From assembly GCA_002256025.1 (NCBI GenBank), contig NKIB01012964.1, positions 46,743 to 66,742 on the forward strand: a DNA stretch of 20,000 bases, in the 5' to 3' direction. A program made the translations under genes and the position numbers. Each line of letters opens with the position of its first letter. The stretch's first letter is position 1. The notes under the pieces are model-generated. The model saw nothing but the letters and a program-made list of their open reading frames with translations. It was not told the origin of the DNA and did not search any database. The DNA is from Asterionella formosa (Eukaryota). This document shows, piece by piece, positions 19,250 through 20,000 of this stretch.

Positions 19250-19822
19250 TGTCATAAATATACGATAACTACATACAGAAAGGATGATCAGGGCATCGGC
19301 ATTCATACGTTGCTGTTTCCATCATGACATGTTATATGTGTAGATCAGAATTTAGTCTGGACCTACCAGGAAGGTCCGGTAAAACACGGCTTTTACTTAA
19401 TGACAGACGAAGCTAAATATCTCGATCAACGGACCTTCCAGGATGTTGAAAGGTCTCGTACTCCTTCCCGTCTGACGGGTTCCTCTTACGTAGAACTTAC
19501 CTGCTATACCACTAGTATTGTTATCTTCTTTCTGCTGCTAGCCTTCGTGCTAGTTTTCGCTATTGACCTTACTCTGTCAATTCTCACTGTTTCTTAATTA
19601 TAAGATTAAACTAAAACTAAGTTTCAATCCCATTCATCACACTTCGAGAACCTGTTCTTCGTGTTCCCTTTTCGTTGATGTAAACCTTCTTCTGATTGAT
19701 CTAAGACATCAATCTCGTTAGCAAGCTTCTTGACATGGGAACGCACCATTTGACTCATTGGACTATAGTCGAGTCCACAGTCCTTGTGACTCATTATAGC
19801 CATTGATGCTATATTCTTGACA
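19250..19822 (-). repeat. Putative 3' LTR, 573 bp
   Basis: Starts TGTCAAGAATATA (minus strand, 19822) directly after the PPT. The other end reads TGTCATAAATATA on the plus strand at 19250, an 11/13 terminal inverted repeat with TG...CA ends. The partner LTR is not in the window. Confidence 0.7.
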
Positions 19823-20000
19823 TCCTCCTCGTTACCATGTTCAAGAAGTTCTAAAATTGTACCACTCAGCACGGGTCCAGATAACCTTGTAAAAATCTGC
19901 TCTTTGACATTCTTCGTCAAAATGTCTGCTGGATTGTTTTCTGATCTTAGAAAAACAATATGCAACTCACCCTCATCTATCATGTTCTTGACATGATGAA
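19624..20000 (-). CDS. pol: Copia Pol C-terminus (RNase H), 5'-partial
   Basis: Open frame from the window edge to a TGA at 19626-19624; NPADILTK motif. Confidence 0.85.
   Translation of the reverse strand, partial: HHVKNMIDEGELHIVFLRSENNPADILTKNVKEQIFTRLSGPVLSGTILELLEHGNEEDVKNIASMAIMSHKDCGLDYSPMSQMVRSHVKKLANEIDVLDQSEEGLHQRKGNTKNRFSKCDEWD
19823..19830 (-). other. Polypurine tract GAGGAGGA
   Basis: Purine run between the RNase H motif and the TG start of the LTR. Confidence 0.7.

Larger units (their letters stand above)
19250..20000 (-). mobile_element. 3' end of a Ty1/copia LTR retrotransposon (RNase H tail, PPT, 3' LTR), truncated by the window edge
   Basis: The minus frame reads HHVKNMIDEGELHIVFLRSENNPADILTKN, the copia RNase H C-terminus (ADxxTK). 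It is followed by the purine tract GAGGAGGA and then TG. Confidence 0.88.

Overview
Eukaryotic, gene-dense genomic DNA, most likely from a diatom or related stramenopile (inferred from 69-92 nt GT-AG introns, the gene families present and a copia element). Six protein-coding genes can be reconstructed by hand. (1) A type II membrane, coiled-coil, cyclophilin-like protein (-, 2 exons). (2) A signal-peptide 2OG-Fe(II) dioxygenase ending in KQEL (-, 3 exons). (3) A CAMK-type kinase fused to EF-hands and two cyclic-nucleotide-binding domains, with a mitochondrial-like leader (+, 2 exons). (4) A single-chain MlaF-MlaE (TGD3-TGD1-like) ABC ATPase-permease fusion (-, intronless). (5) A TM RING-H2 E3 ligase (+). 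(6) A sterol C5-desaturase whose signal-peptide first exon is absent from the ORF track (-). The window ends in the RNase H, PPT and 3' LTR of a Ty1/copia element. Palindromic GGTACC/CCWGG/ACCGGT motif clusters lie upstream of every gene. Two CpG-poor, apparently decayed regions (1-1400, about 6100-9200) contain local duplications. The most interesting items are the MlaF-MlaE fusion, the Ca2+/cNMP kinase architecture and the upstream motif clusters. All family calls come from motif recognition by eye; no database searches were run.
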